Positions 27,352 to 37,932 are shown, counted from the first letter of the stretch. The stretch: DNA of 64,000 nucleotides from Armatimonadota bacterium (GCA_020060775.1 JAGUZN010000220.1:984-64983); one strand, 5' to 3'. A program made the numbers and translations. The notes: generated by a model not told the origin, from the letters alone.

Positions 27352-27504
27352 GTGCACGTCTGCTGCAGGTCGAAGTCGTAACCGGGTGCTTCGATGTCGA
27401 TTGCGCATGTGGCTGAGCATGCTTGAATATTGAATCTACACATGATGTCCCTGCCGCGCAACGATGCCGGCATGTGCTGACCTGATGCCGTCAGCATCTT
27501 TCGT

Positions 27505-29088
27505 ATGGAGGTGGATGACATGATGACACGCATTACACTGGTGCTGCTCCTGCTGGTCAGTCTCGTCGTCACGGTGCAGGCACAGGCACCGTTGAAGACC
27601 GAGGTATTGCATTGGCCGGAGGGGAAAGCCGCGGCGGTGGCGTTGACGTTCGACGACAATGTGCTCAGTCAACTCACCACTGCGATTCCGGAGTTGGAGA
27701 AACACGGCTACCGCGGCACCTTTTTCATCGTGGCACAATGGCTGGATCTCCCGGCGTCCGAGGAAGGGCTGGCGGTACAATGGCAGCAGGTGGCCCGGCG
27801 CGGGCATGAGATCGGCTGCCATACCTACTCGCACGCCTTTTTGACATCACTGCCCGAGGAAGCCCTTCAACGGCAAATCCAGGACGCAAAAGGAATCATT
27901 GAGCACTGGATCGGCGAGGGAAACTGCCGGATGTTCCGCGCGCCTTCGGCTACGAGTCCTGCGGCAGAGAAGCTGATCCGCGAACTCTTCCCGCTGAACG
28001 CCGTGAACCTGGGGCGGGACGACAAGGTGATTTGTACCGTGCCGCGCACCTATGGGGACGTCAAACGACAGATCGACCAGACGATCGCCGACCGCGGCAT
28101 CTATCTGCCCATCTGGCACGGCGTCGGGGCTGATTTCACGAAGATCTCCACCGAAGATTTCCAGCACGTGCTGCAGTATCTGGACGAGCGGCGTGCGGTT
28201 GTGTGGGTGGCCACCATGAGCGAGGTGGCACGCTATGTCGGCTTGCGCCAGCAGGCCGTGGTCTCATCGGAGGGGGGCATCCACCTGGTGCTGCCGCCGG
28301 GGATGGACATCAAACGGTTCAATGTGCCGTTGTGGCTGCGCACGACGGTACCGGCCGAGTGGACAACGGTCTGCCTGCGGCGCGGGCTGTCATGTGCCGT
28401 GGTTCCGACGGTAGCCGCGCCAGGGGGGCGCATAATTGATTACCTGGTGGCACCGGGCGAGACCTGGTCCATCGAACGCTATACCCCCATTGACACGACG
28501 GCGCTTAAGCTGACAAATGTCGCAACCGCATCGTTCGACACCCCGGAAACGCTCAAGACATGGACGGTGATCAGCGGGAAGGCGCAGGTTGCGGATGGAG
28601 TGGTGCGCCTGGAGAATGGCAGTGGTCTGCTGCTCAACGATTTACAGTTGGCGGATGGGCAACTGCGCGGTCGGTTCCGGTTGACTGATGATCCCGCGCT
28701 GCGGAAATATGCCTGCTGGGCCGGCCTGCTCTTCCGCGTGCGCGCCGTCTGGCCGGCGAACGGCTATACGGGACTATTTTACGAACTGGCGAACCAACCC
28801 GAATACAGCGATTTCCGTCCCAATCGGGTGTTGCTCTGGCAGCAATTAGGCTACAAAGAGCCGACGTGGCCCAACCGGCTCTGCGGTTCGGGAGCATCGG
28901 AACAGCCTTCCGGCGCCTGGCACACCTTCGAAGTCACCATCCAGGGTGACCGGCTGCGCTATTTGGTTGACGGCAAGCTCGTCTTCCACCTCGCGGGCCT
29001 GGACCCGGCCGCGGGCCAAGTAGGCCTACGGGCGATGAACTCGGCAGTAGAATTCGACGATATTGTCGTCTCGCGCATCGAGCCATAA
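27505..29088 (+). CDS. Secreted polysaccharide deacetylase (NodB domain) with a C-terminal DUF1080/lectin-like domain
   Basis: Signal-like TRITLVLLLLVSLVVTVQAQA. NodB motifs ALTFDDN and CHTYSH. C-terminal WHTFEVTIQGDRLRYLVDGKLVF..VEFDDIVV resembles 3-keto-disaccharide-hydrolase/DUF1080. Confidence 0.65.
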   Translation: MEVDDMMTRITLVLLLLVSLVVTVQAQAPLKTEVLHWPEGKAAAVALTFDDNVLSQLTTAIPELEKHGYRGTFFIVAQWLDLPASEEGLAVQWQQVARRGHEIGCHTYSHAFLTSLPEEALQRQIQDAKGIIEHWIGEGNCRMFRAPSATSPAAEKLIRELFPLNAVNLGRDDKVICTVPRTYGDVKRQIDQTIADRGIYLPIWHGVGADFTKISTEDFQHVLQYLDERRAVVWVATMSEVARYVGLRQQAVVSSEGGIHLVLPPGMDIKRFNVPLWLRTTVPAEWTTVCLRRGLSCAVVPTVAAPGGRIIDYLVAPGETWSIERYTPIDTTALKLTNVATASFDTPETLKTWTVISGKAQVADGVVRLENGSGLLLNDLQLADGQLRGRFRLTDDPALRKYACWAGLLFRVRAVWPANGYTGLFYELANQPEYSDFRPNRVLLWQQLGYKEPTWPNRLCGSGASEQPSGAWHTFEVTIQGDRLRYLVDGKLVFHLAGLDPAAGQVGLRAMNSAVEFDDIVVSRIEP

Positions 29089-29201
29089 CATGCCTGGAGG
29101 ATGAATATCGCGCCAGCGCCGGAGTCGGCGATTACACGGGGTGATGATGTGTTATTTTTTCTCGATATGGCGGAGTGCAACAAGCAGCGGGGAGATCAGC
29201 A

Positions 29202-30008
29202 GTGACCGAACATATCAACGCCAACATCGACCGCTTCAGCGGCTTTGCCGATTGCTATGACCGGTATCGCCCGCAGCCGCCGGCGGTGATTCCGGAGATC
29301 CTCGCGCAACTGCTGGGTGATCCGATGCCGACGCTGGTGGTCGACCTGGGCAGCGGCACGGGGCTCTCGACGCGCATCTGGGCCGGCAAGGCGCGGGAGG
29401 TGATCGGCATTGAGCCGAATGCTGACATGCGCCGGGTGGCGAAGGCGCAGACGCCGCCGGATGCCGGCATCCGGTACCAAAATGGCCTCTCGACGCAGAT
29501 GCACGTGCCGGATGCGAGCGCCGACATCATCTGCTGCTCGCAGGCCTTCCACTGGATGGCGCCGGAACCCACCCTCGCCGAAGTGGCGCGCGTGCTGCAT
29601 CCAGGTGGGGTATTCGCCGCCATCGACTGCGATTGGCCGCCGACGCTGCATTGGCAGGCGGAACAGGCTTATCGCGCCCTGATGCACCAGGTGGGCATGC
29701 TTGAGCACCAGCACGGCATCTACCACACGGTGAAGAAGTGGCCGAAAGATCGCCACCTCGCCAATATCCAGGCCAGCGGCCATTTCCGGTATACGAACGA
29801 AGTGATCGTTCATCATGTCGAGTCCGGCAATACCGACCGCCTCATCGGCCTGGCACTCAGTCAGGGAGGGGTAGAAGGCTTGCTGAAGCTTGGCCTGACA
29901 GAAGAGGAGATCGGCCTGACCGCCTTCCGCGCTACGGTGTATGCCTTGTTAGGCGACACCCCCTGTCCCTGGTATTTCGGGTACCGTGTGCGGTTAGGGG
30001 TGAGGTAG
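29202..30008 (+). CDS. Class I SAM-dependent methyltransferase
   Basis: LVVDLGSGTGLSTRIWAGKAREVIGIEPNADM. I chose the start at GTG 29202, 7 nt after GGGGAG. The ORF is open from 29175. Confidence 0.7.
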   Translation: MTEHINANIDRFSGFADCYDRYRPQPPAVIPEILAQLLGDPMPTLVVDLGSGTGLSTRIWAGKAREVIGIEPNADMRRVAKAQTPPDAGIRYQNGLSTQMHVPDASADIICCSQAFHWMAPEPTLAEVARVLHPGGVFAAIDCDWPPTLHWQAEQAYRALMHQVGMLEHQHGIYHTVKKWPKDRHLANIQASGHFRYTNEVIVHHVESGNTDRLIGLALSQGGVEGLLKLGLTEEEIGLTAFRATVYALLGDTPCPWYFGYRVRLGVR

Positions 30009-30307
30009 AGATATCTGGCATGTTGAATCAGGCAGACGATAATCGAAGAGTGACGCTCGGAAATTTTCATCGCTACGGCCACTTCCCACGCCGTCAAGTG
30101 ACCGCGTGATTCACGCAGGAGTACGATAGTGATGAGACGGTAGCCATGTCGTGATATCCCAGGTGGCAGGGATACAATATATGTGCGGTATCGTGCACTT
30201 AACAGAAATTGAGCTCGTCTTGCCAACTCTCATGTCTCTATTGACAGATTGAGCTGCATGATGCAATATCATATGCGAAAGTCCCCGCTACACTGGGTTA
30301 TTTGCAT

Positions 30308-31093
30308 ATGAGAGTGTCAACTGCAAGTGAATATGTGCGCACACTCCTCCAACGTGGCCGCTATACCTTCAGCCGCGATGAAGCCGAAGCCGCGCTGGGG
30401 AGTCCGCGTGCGACGATGAAGGCGTTACACCGGCTCGAAAACCAGGGATGGCTGGTCTCACCGAGCCAGTGCTTCTACGTCATCCAGGACCCCCTGCATC
30501 AAGTTGCCGGGTTACCTGTCGAATGGTTCCTGGATGATTGGGCGCGACACCTCGGCGTGAAGTATTATGTCGGACTGCTCACCGCGGCGATGTATCATGG
30601 CGCCGCCCATCAAAAGCCGCAGCAGTTTCAGGTGATCGTCGACCGGCAACTCAGACCGGTGGTTCGCGGTCCGTATCATATTCACTTCTTTTATAAGAAG
30701 CGCATTGCTGATGCCGCCTGGGAGACGCGGCAGTCACCTGCCGGCTACTACCGGATCAGCACCCCGGAAATGACCGCCTACGATCTCCTGCGGTATCCGA
30801 AGGCGTGCCCGACCCGTGATATGGCGGCCACCATCCTTGCGGAACTCGGCGAGATGATCCTGGACGACCGTTTGGCAGATCTCCTGGAGCAGGAAGCAGA
30901 GATTGCCACCCTCCAACGGCTGGGGTGGATGCTGGATGCGGTCGGCTGGTCAGCGAAGACCGAGGCGTTGGCCAGTGCATTACACTCCCATCGTCGGCTC
31001 TGGCAACCCTTGCGGCCTGATCTTCCAGCCGATGGCCCTCGCGACCCACGCTGGCGCATCATCGTGAATGAAACGATTGAGGTTGAGATATGA
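30308..31093 (+). CDS. abiEi: AbiEi-family antitoxin / transcriptional regulator (type IV TA, abortive infection)
   Basis: Sits immediately upstream of, and overlaps by ATGA, an AbiEii-type nucleotidyltransferase. The N-terminal winged-helix-like RTLLQRGRYTFSRDEAEAALG and the size (~260 aa) fit AbiEi. Confidence 0.6.
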   Translation: MRVSTASEYVRTLLQRGRYTFSRDEAEAALGSPRATMKALHRLENQGWLVSPSQCFYVIQDPLHQVAGLPVEWFLDDWARHLGVKYYVGLLTAAMYHGAAHQKPQQFQVIVDRQLRPVVRGPYHIHFFYKKRIADAAWETRQSPAGYYRISTPEMTAYDLLRYPKACPTRDMAATILAELGEMILDDRLADLLEQEAEIATLQRLGWMLDAVGWSAKTEALASALHSHRRLWQPLRPDLPADGPRDPRWRIIVNETIEVEI

Positions 31094-31917
31094 TCCCCGA
31101 GGCATTTCTCGCCGAGTGGCGAGTCACCAGCGCACCATGGCAGCAACTGGCCATGGTCGAACAGGACCTGGTCATCAGCCGGGCACTCCTGAATATCTAC
31201 GACGATGACTACCTCCGGGACCGATTGGCCTTTCGTGGAGGGACCGCGCTCTACAAGCTCTACCTGGTGCCGCCGGCACGGTATTCCGAAGACATTGATC
31301 TGGTGCAAATCAACGCCGAGCCCATTCGCGAGACCGTCGTTCACCTGCAAGCGGCACTCGACCCCTGGCTGGGGCAGCCGCGGTATACCGCAACCGCACA
31401 ATCGGTCAAACTGCTCTATCGCTTCGCGGCAGAAGCGACGCCAGGTCTGCAGCAGCGCCTGAAGATCGAGATCAATACGCGGGAGCACCTTCCGGCATTT
31501 GGCTTGGTCAATAGACCGTTCACTGTGCAATCCCGATGGGTCGACGGCACGGTTATGATCCCCACTTATGCCATCGATGAACTACTGGGCACGAAGCTGC
31601 GCGCGCTCTATCAACGCAAGAAAGGCCGTGATCTCTTTGACGTGGATTATGCCATGCGGCAAGGGGAGGTCGATGGGCAACGGGTGCTCACAGCCTTCAT
31701 GCATTATGTGTCTCGGCAGGGATTGCGCATCACCACCGGGCAGTACCAGGCCAACCTGCGGGAGAAGATGACGGACCCCCGGTTCGGCGCCGACATTGCC
31801 CCACTGCTGCGTGATGGGATTGCCTTCTCACTCGATGAGGCATTAGCCCGAGTGGAGGAGCAGTTCCTGCGTCACCTTGACGCCGCCTGGTCACAGGTGG
31901 CGGAGCCTGTCCCGTAA
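31090..31917 (+). CDS. abiEii: AbiEii/AbiGii-family nucleotidyltransferase toxin (DUF1814)
   Basis: LAFRGGTALYKLYLVPPARYSEDIDLV (GG-T-x-L .. S-E-D-I-D NTase core) and KLRALYQRKKGRDLFD. Confidence 0.8.
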   Translation: MIPEAFLAEWRVTSAPWQQLAMVEQDLVISRALLNIYDDDYLRDRLAFRGGTALYKLYLVPPARYSEDIDLVQINAEPIRETVVHLQAALDPWLGQPRYTATAQSVKLLYRFAAEATPGLQQRLKIEINTREHLPAFGLVNRPFTVQSRWVDGTVMIPTYAIDELLGTKLRALYQRKKGRDLFDVDYAMRQGEVDGQRVLTAFMHYVSRQGLRITTGQYQANLREKMTDPRFGADIAPLLRDGIAFSLDEALARVEEQFLRHLDAAWSQVAEPVP

Positions 31918-31919
31918 GA

Positions 31920-32830
31920 TCAGCAGCCATGTTGTTGCTGGTAACAGCCACTTAACGGAAGCCAGCCATTAACACCACTGGGATCGAGCACGAAGGCGAC
32001 CGCGTCGGTGCTGGTAAATACCCAGAGCCACCAGCGCAATTTCGTCTTGTCGTTGAAGTGGAGCCACCACGTTTCATCCGCGTGCCAGTGGTCGGCCATA
32101 CGCAGATGGAGGAGGGTGGCATCATAGAGCGACGGAGCAGCGCGCCGACGGTGTCTTGCACCCTGAAGAGTGTGCTGGAGGCGAAGCGCACGCCGCAACA
32201 CAGGGTCAGTGCGTACAGTTAGCGGTAGACGGTTGGCCGTGGAGGAATTTGTTGACGACCAGGTGCGCAATGGCGCCGGTTCGGGATGAGTTTCGGCGGC
32301 GCAAGCGCGGGCAATTGCACCGTGGAGCCCGGCAGGTGGTACTTTCGCCGCATATGGATGACGCGCCGTATCCTGGCCTCCCCGTTTGAGGTTGGTGGCG
32401 TCTTTCGTGCCAGCGGTGGTGAGTAGTACTTCCCAAAGATGGGGCATTGGCGTGCCTCCTCGGGGAGGTTATGGAGCACCTCGCTGGGCGGCAACTATTG
32501 GTAGAGCCGACAGCCATGGCCGGGAGTGCCGTGCCGTTGCCCGCTCTGACCATGCGGCGCGTCGGTGGGCGCATCAGCCGACGGGATTGGCTGGAGTCGG
32601 GGGCGTCTGCGGCGGCACCGCGGAGGCTCTGCTCGGATTTTCGCCAAACAGCATCGTCTATTATTGCGGATGAGGGCATATTGCTTGGCGACCATCTCGC
32701 GCAAGGCGGCGTTGTCGGAGAGCAACTGTTCGACGGTCTCCTGCAGCGAGACGACGGTGGTCTCCAGCGTCTGGAGGCGCGCCAGCAGGGACGCGATGTC
32801 ATAGGCGGTGGGTGCAATGGACATTCCTCT
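31920..32830 (-). pseudogene. Decayed, 3'-truncated IS66-family transposase
   Basis: IS66 landmarks are spread over three minus-strand frames. These are an N-terminal coiled coil (LQTLETTVVSLQETVEQLLSDNAALREMV), a WRKSEQ box, the zinc-finger region LPEEARQCPIFGKYY..RRKYHLP, and HADETWW..WLWVF (first DDE Asp). The sequence ends before the rest of the DDE domain. Confidence 0.65.
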
Positions 32831-33086
32831 CCAGATTCACGAGAGGAGAGACACAGTCCTTTCAGAGAAGGCACCTTTCAGAGAAGGCGCTTGACGTGCA
32901 GGGGGGGGCAGTATTATGATGGTATCGGTGAACTCATCTGAAAGGGAAAGGGGTTCACCGAATACTTATCTTCACGAATTCACGGTCGACCTGTGTGGTG
33001 CGAAGGCTCATCTAGAATTCCCGTGATGCGACAACGTGCTCCTGCGTGGCAATATCCGCCTCACAGGTCTCGAGAACAGTTGGCGT

Positions 33087-33335
33087 TCACGGGCACTTGG
33101 GTAAGTGCGTAATCGGGTCGAATAGGACACGACCTTTCTTGCGTTGATACAAGGCGCGTAGTTTGCTCACAAGCAATTCTTCCAGTGAGAAGTTGATGAC
33201 GGAGACGTTATCCTGTACCCATCGCGAGTCGACGGCAAATGGTCTAGCAGCCTGTTGCACAACCACGGCCGATTTTCTGTCAACCGACAGAGCGCAAGCC
33301 GATGATTGCACTGAAATGGCTGTTAAGATGAACAT
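33087..33335 (-). pseudogene. Fragment of a second, inverted AbiEii-type gene
   Basis: RPFAVDSRWVQDNVSVINFSLEELLVSKLRALYQRKKGRVLFD aligns with RPFTVQSRWVDGTVMIPTYAIDELLGTKLRALYQRKKGRDLFD of 31090-31917. Only ~45 aa are retained. Confidence 0.7.
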
Positions 33336-33659
33336 CTCGGTTTGGTAAGGTTGGACCCTGTTACGTTATTGAGCTCGAATGCTTACCTGTAGACCAAGGG
33401 CACGTCCTTGCTCAACAGGCTGCTAGGCACCAGCACGGTCTGTTCAATATGCGCACGGGTAATCGTCCCCTTGGAGAAGTGACGGTATACCCATGCGCGC
33501 TTTTCATTCCCGCTCGGTCAGGTGAGTCACGGCGTCCAGCCGGCCCGGCACTATATGGGGGAGCCGAGCCTTATGGCTTATAATCGGTTGTGGACGTGGC
33601 AATGAGAATACGATCAGTACCGATACCACTATTTTGGGGGAAGGAAGGAATCCGCTGCT

Positions 33660-35342
33660 TTGCACCAAATACACTATTTGTGTGCCATCATGCCGATTAG
33701 GACTGATAATATGAGTTTGTCAACAAAAACTCCTCAAAATCCAGATCTGGCAAATCCTAGCAGTTGCCATTCCAGTTTAGGACCCCTTAGGCTGCCGCAG
33801 TCATTTTATGGCGATGCGTTCACGACGTTTCTATATGGAGCGGCGATATGCTGTATCGTTACGAAGGTCGATGCTGGTTATTCATGGTCTAATTTCGGTC
33901 TGTTGGCAATCATCTATATATTTTTTGATTGGGTTAGCAGAATTCTTTTACCATCATGTTTGCCCAATGACGACTTAGCTGTGAGAAATCGCATATACTT
34001 GAATGTGCTAAAAGCACTACTGGAAGCTGCAGGTTTATACTTGCTTACCGCTTTCCTTCTATCTGTTTTCACAACACCATTATACGGGTTATTTGCAGGA
34101 TTTTTGATCGTCAATTTATTGTGGAATTTGTTGTTGTTGTATATTATGGGTGGCCTTGGATGGAGGGACTTACAAGATGTTTGTTTTAAAGGTAATGGAA
34201 TGGATAACGAAGCTATAGCATTACATTCGTCGACCATTACGGAAATCGAAGCTCTAATAGAGAAGGCTGATATCTCTACTGACAATGCAAACACTAGTAG
34301 TCAAGTCATAAAAACGTATAATAATCACATAAAGCTTCGTAGTAGTATCAATTCAATAGGCGCAATCTACCGGATGCTCATACAATTGTTCGCATTTCAT
34401 GTTCGATATGGATATGTAGTTATTGTAATATTTGTTGCCAAGATGCTATTGGAGAGTACAACGAATACTTGGGGAAGTTTTCTGTTGAAAAAAACATATT
34501 TTTCTGTAGTGCTTGATTTCGCACAAGTCACAACAATGCACATAAGCATTTTTTGTGATAATGGCTATTTGGATGAGATATTTCTTACTGTATTAATATT
34601 AATACTTTGTGGTTTTGTTTTACGCTCTGTTAATATCAGTAATGTTTTTCAGAGTGATTGGTGGAAAAGTTACATTGCTAGTATTAAAGATAAAAACTAT
34701 GAAATGCTTGTCCCGTGGATGAAGATAATATGCAGTGTACCACTTTTCTTTGCTTGTTTGTACATATTATATATAATATGTTTTGTTGTATACACTTATT
34801 ACCCGCAGTTGTTCGCAGGTATTGATAGTGAAGGTGTAGGCATTGGCTTCCCAATCTTACTTTTTATTTATATTTTGTTGTTTTTCATACCTTTCTTATT
34901 TTTTAAATACGCACAACTTAATAAAATTATGAAAAAATCAATTGCTTCAAATGGAGATAACCATAAGAATCACGCCTCTATTTCTTGCTCATGCCCTCCT
35001 TCCAAAATCCAAGGAGAGGAGGAGAATAAAGCGATTGTCATTGAGAATTTACGATTTCAACAGGCTTGTAGAAATGGGTCATTATCACTTTATATCATTC
35101 TATTACTACTTTACTTCGCGTTGCCGATAAAAGACTTTGCAATATTTATTGCATTCCAGCAGGCCTGTGTTACGCTATTCCTATGTATCGCCGTATCTTG
35201 TCCACTTGAACAGAGAGATGAACCTATTGGCAACTTATGTCGAATGAACTCCCCGAGACCGACTTCGTGCCCTCCAAATATTAACGACGGGCTTGATGAT
35301 ACAACATCAGTGACGCCGAAAGAACAGGTAACAAGTTCATAG
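33660..35342 (+). CDS. Polytopic membrane protein of unknown function (about 11 hydrophobic segments)
   Basis: 560-aa ORF in an AT-rich segment (~36-40% GC). Repeated 18-25-residue hydrophobic stretches such as LYGLFAGFLIVNLLWNLLLLYIMGG and IGFPILLFIYILLFFIPFLFF. No family motif recognised and the start is uncertain. Confidence 0.6.
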   Translation: MHQIHYLCAIMPIRTDNMSLSTKTPQNPDLANPSSCHSSLGPLRLPQSFYGDAFTTFLYGAAICCIVTKVDAGYSWSNFGLLAIIYIFFDWVSRILLPSCLPNDDLAVRNRIYLNVLKALLEAAGLYLLTAFLLSVFTTPLYGLFAGFLIVNLLWNLLLLYIMGGLGWRDLQDVCFKGNGMDNEAIALHSSTITEIEALIEKADISTDNANTSSQVIKTYNNHIKLRSSINSIGAIYRMLIQLFAFHVRYGYVVIVIFVAKMLLESTTNTWGSFLLKKTYFSVVLDFAQVTTMHISIFCDNGYLDEIFLTVLILILCGFVLRSVNISNVFQSDWWKSYIASIKDKNYEMLVPWMKIICSVPLFFACLYILYIICFVVYTYYPQLFAGIDSEGVGIGFPILLFIYILLFFIPFLFFKYAQLNKIMKKSIASNGDNHKNHASISCSCPPSKIQGEEENKAIVIENLRFQQACRNGSLSLYIILLLLYFALPIKDFAIFIAFQQACVTLFLCIAVSCPLEQRDEPIGNLCRMNSPRPTSCPPNINDGLDDTTSVTPKEQVTSS

Positions 35343-35384
35343 TTAATGGTATATAAGTGATCATCAGATTGGAGTGACCAAGCG

Positions 35385-36842
35385 ATGTCTATGATTGATC
35401 TAGTCATAATAGGAGTTTATTTGATGGCGTTGTTCTGCTGGGCTATTTATATTGGCCTGCGAGAAAACGCCCAAGATTTTTTGGTTTTCTCGCGGCGTGC
35501 TCCTTTTGTGCTGGTATTGTTTTCTATTGTAGCTACCTGGGTTGGCGTTGGCACGACCGTAGTGACAGCGGCATCGGCATACGAATCCGGTATCTCACTA
35601 GGATTGATCGCCTGCCTTGGGGGCGTGTTGGGGTCTATCGGTGCCGCAATCTTTGCCCCTCGTCTGAAAGCGTTTGGAGACCGTTTCAACGCGCATACCA
35701 TCGGAGACTTCTTCCTGATCCGGTATTCAAACGGTGGACGCTTGATGGCTGGTGCACTGATAACAATCGTCTATTCACTGCTGACCGCCGCGCAACTCGT
35801 AGGGCTTGCAACGCTCTTGAAGGTTTGGACTGGGCTTCCTGTGGAGGTCGTCATCATTTTTGCTGCGTTTTCCACCGTAGCCTATACGGCGTTCGCTGGG
35901 ATCAAAAGCGATTTTTATACCGACATCATACATTTTATAGTTATGGCAATTGTTCTCTTTGTTATCCTATTGCCATTGACACTGGATAAAATTGGCGGAT
36001 TACATGGATTGCTGCGATTACCTCATACTTATTTCGATCCCTTCTCCTACGGAGGGCCAGCTCTATTCATCGCTGGAATGATCTTTGGCGCAGGCAGTGT
36101 TTTCGTGACCATGGAGCTTTGGCAACGCGTCTACGCATCAACAACCGGACGTGCCGCACGTATCTCGCTTGCAGTTGCCATCCTTCTTATCGTTCTCTTT
36201 TACGCGGTATCCACTGTGTTGGGTATGTCAGCAAAGCTACTATTACCGAATCTGCCGAATCGTGATTTTGCCTTGTTTGCGATGATGAAAGAGTATTTAC
36301 CTACAGGTATGCTGGGGCTAGGGATGTCAGGATTCATGGCGATTATTCTGTCTACCTTAAACTCAACACTGATGGTAACCTCTGCGACCTTCACCAAGGA
36401 TTTCTGGTGTGGAGCTCTTAATAAATCCGCTGATGACCAAAAGGCATTGTTATCTGTGGGCCGAATTTCTACATTTGTGAGCGGAGCTATTGGTCTGGGG
36501 ATTGCCTTGATACTACCTGATCTGGTTGCCTTAAGTGTCAATGGCATGTTCATGTTGCTGATCATCCTTCCAGCCATCGCTGGGGGATTCTTCTGGCGAC
36601 GTGCTACTGCCACGGCTGCAACGCTTTCCGTCTTCGCAGGAGCGCTTGTGACAGTGATTTTCTTGAAAATCGATGCTGGTATCGCGTTTGTGCCTGGTTT
36701 TCTCACAAGCCTTCTAGTTTTCGTTATTGGCTCTCTTGTCACTGAGCACTCTATAGAAGAAAATATTGGAGTTGTTTCTATGTGGCGAGGGAAAGCGGAA
36801 ATCCCGTCGATGCATGAAGGAGATGTTCATGACTTACGTTAA
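35385..36842 (+). CDS. Sodium:solute symporter family (SSF) transporter
   Basis: IIGVYLMALFCWAIYIGLRENAQDFLVFSRRAPFVLVLFSIVATWVGVGT is the typical SSF N-terminus. About 13 TM segments. Confidence 0.75.
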   Translation: MSMIDLVIIGVYLMALFCWAIYIGLRENAQDFLVFSRRAPFVLVLFSIVATWVGVGTTVVTAASAYESGISLGLIACLGGVLGSIGAAIFAPRLKAFGDRFNAHTIGDFFLIRYSNGGRLMAGALITIVYSLLTAAQLVGLATLLKVWTGLPVEVVIIFAAFSTVAYTAFAGIKSDFYTDIIHFIVMAIVLFVILLPLTLDKIGGLHGLLRLPHTYFDPFSYGGPALFIAGMIFGAGSVFVTMELWQRVYASTTGRAARISLAVAILLIVLFYAVSTVLGMSAKLLLPNLPNRDFALFAMMKEYLPTGMLGLGMSGFMAIILSTLNSTLMVTSATFTKDFWCGALNKSADDQKALLSVGRISTFVSGAIGLGIALILPDLVALSVNGMFMLLIILPAIAGGFFWRRATATAATLSVFAGALVTVIFLKIDAGIAFVPGFLTSLLVFVIGSLVTEHSIEENIGVVSMWRGKAEIPSMHEGDVHDLR

Positions 36843-37932
36843 TACTGTGGAGCAAGTAAGCGATAAGCTGATGGCTGCTACCGATTCTGCGAATTGTTCT
36901 GCGATGTCAGCCTTACTCCACCAGGTGTGCCAATCGCTTCAAGAGTCTGACGCATCATTCTTGCGTCATTGGTATAATAGTCGGCTTACACGCGCCTGCG
37001 AAAACCCTATGCTTGGCGAAAAAGCCGTTACCATCTTCGCAGATTTGCTAGGAATTACCGTCGAGACGGCACAATGCGTTGAGAAGCCATGGATGCTTCT
37101 ATACATCCATGCACTCTTATTAGATGACATGATTGATTATATCCCTAGAGAAGAATCAAAAAAAGTTCAATCATTATGCAGCGCTTTCGATAGGGAACAC
37201 AATAAAGTATGTGAGCTGCTATTGAATGAAAATTTTGTGGTGTATTCACATCACCATCAGCGCTTCAATGCTGAAGCATGGGCAGCTATAACTTACGAGA
37301 TTGAATGGTCAAAAGGAACTAGATTCACATCACATAATGAAGCGCCACGTCAGCAAGGCCTCAAAGCCGCTCTCGCAAAGTCGTGTGCTACCATGCTTAT
37401 GCTTGCTGAACGTGGTATACCTCTTTCATCAGAACAGGAAGAGGGCATTATTACATTATGCGAAGGTATTCAACTTCTAGACGATTTTGCTGATATGACA
37501 GAAGATTATATGCAAGGACGTATGAATAGGTTGTTGAATACAACATATCGATGGATAAGGAGAAATCTGCCATGCATAGATATAGCTTATCTGGGCAAAT
37601 ACCAGCTACTCGTCTCTGCGATTCTTTCTTCTGCGATTACCTGCACATGGATTGATGCGGCAAATCGATATGAGCAGACATTGCAGATATTTAAACCCTC
37701 TAGTGAGTGCTGGACTGCTCAATATTTTTTGCAACAATCAGTGGAATGTCGACTATGCAGCACTGCATTAACTGATTTACTCACGCAAAATCGTTGCCTG
37801 TTGGATCAACTCATCACAGCTCTGAGTGTGAACGAAGAAGAATTAGCGTGTAAGTTAACAACCGGATGCCTAGCCGGTTTATGGCAAGATATTCGCTATA
37901 TTATTGGGACAGGACCAAAAGCAAGTAATTGA
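36829..37932 (+). CDS. Isoprenoid-synthase-fold protein (polyprenyl synthetase/terpene-synthase-like) with two Asp-rich motifs
   Basis: IHALLLDDMIDY is a first DDxxD motif. CEGIQLLDDFADMTEDY matches the second G-x-x-Q-x-x-DDxxD motif. Start is ATG 36829, 6 nt after GAAGGAG, overlapping the symporter 3' end. Confidence 0.5.
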   Translation: MTYVNTVEQVSDKLMAATDSANCSAMSALLHQVCQSLQESDASFLRHWYNSRLTRACENPMLGEKAVTIFADLLGITVETAQCVEKPWMLLYIHALLLDDMIDYIPREESKKVQSLCSAFDREHNKVCELLLNENFVVYSHHHQRFNAEAWAAITYEIEWSKGTRFTSHNEAPRQQGLKAALAKSCATMLMLAERGIPLSSEQEEGIITLCEGIQLLDDFADMTEDYMQGRMNRLLNTTYRWIRRNLPCIDIAYLGKYQLLVSAILSSAITCTWIDAANRYEQTLQIFKPSSECWTAQYFLQQSVECRLCSTALTDLLTQNRCLLDQLITALSVNEEELACKLTTGCLAGLWQDIRYIIGTGPKASN

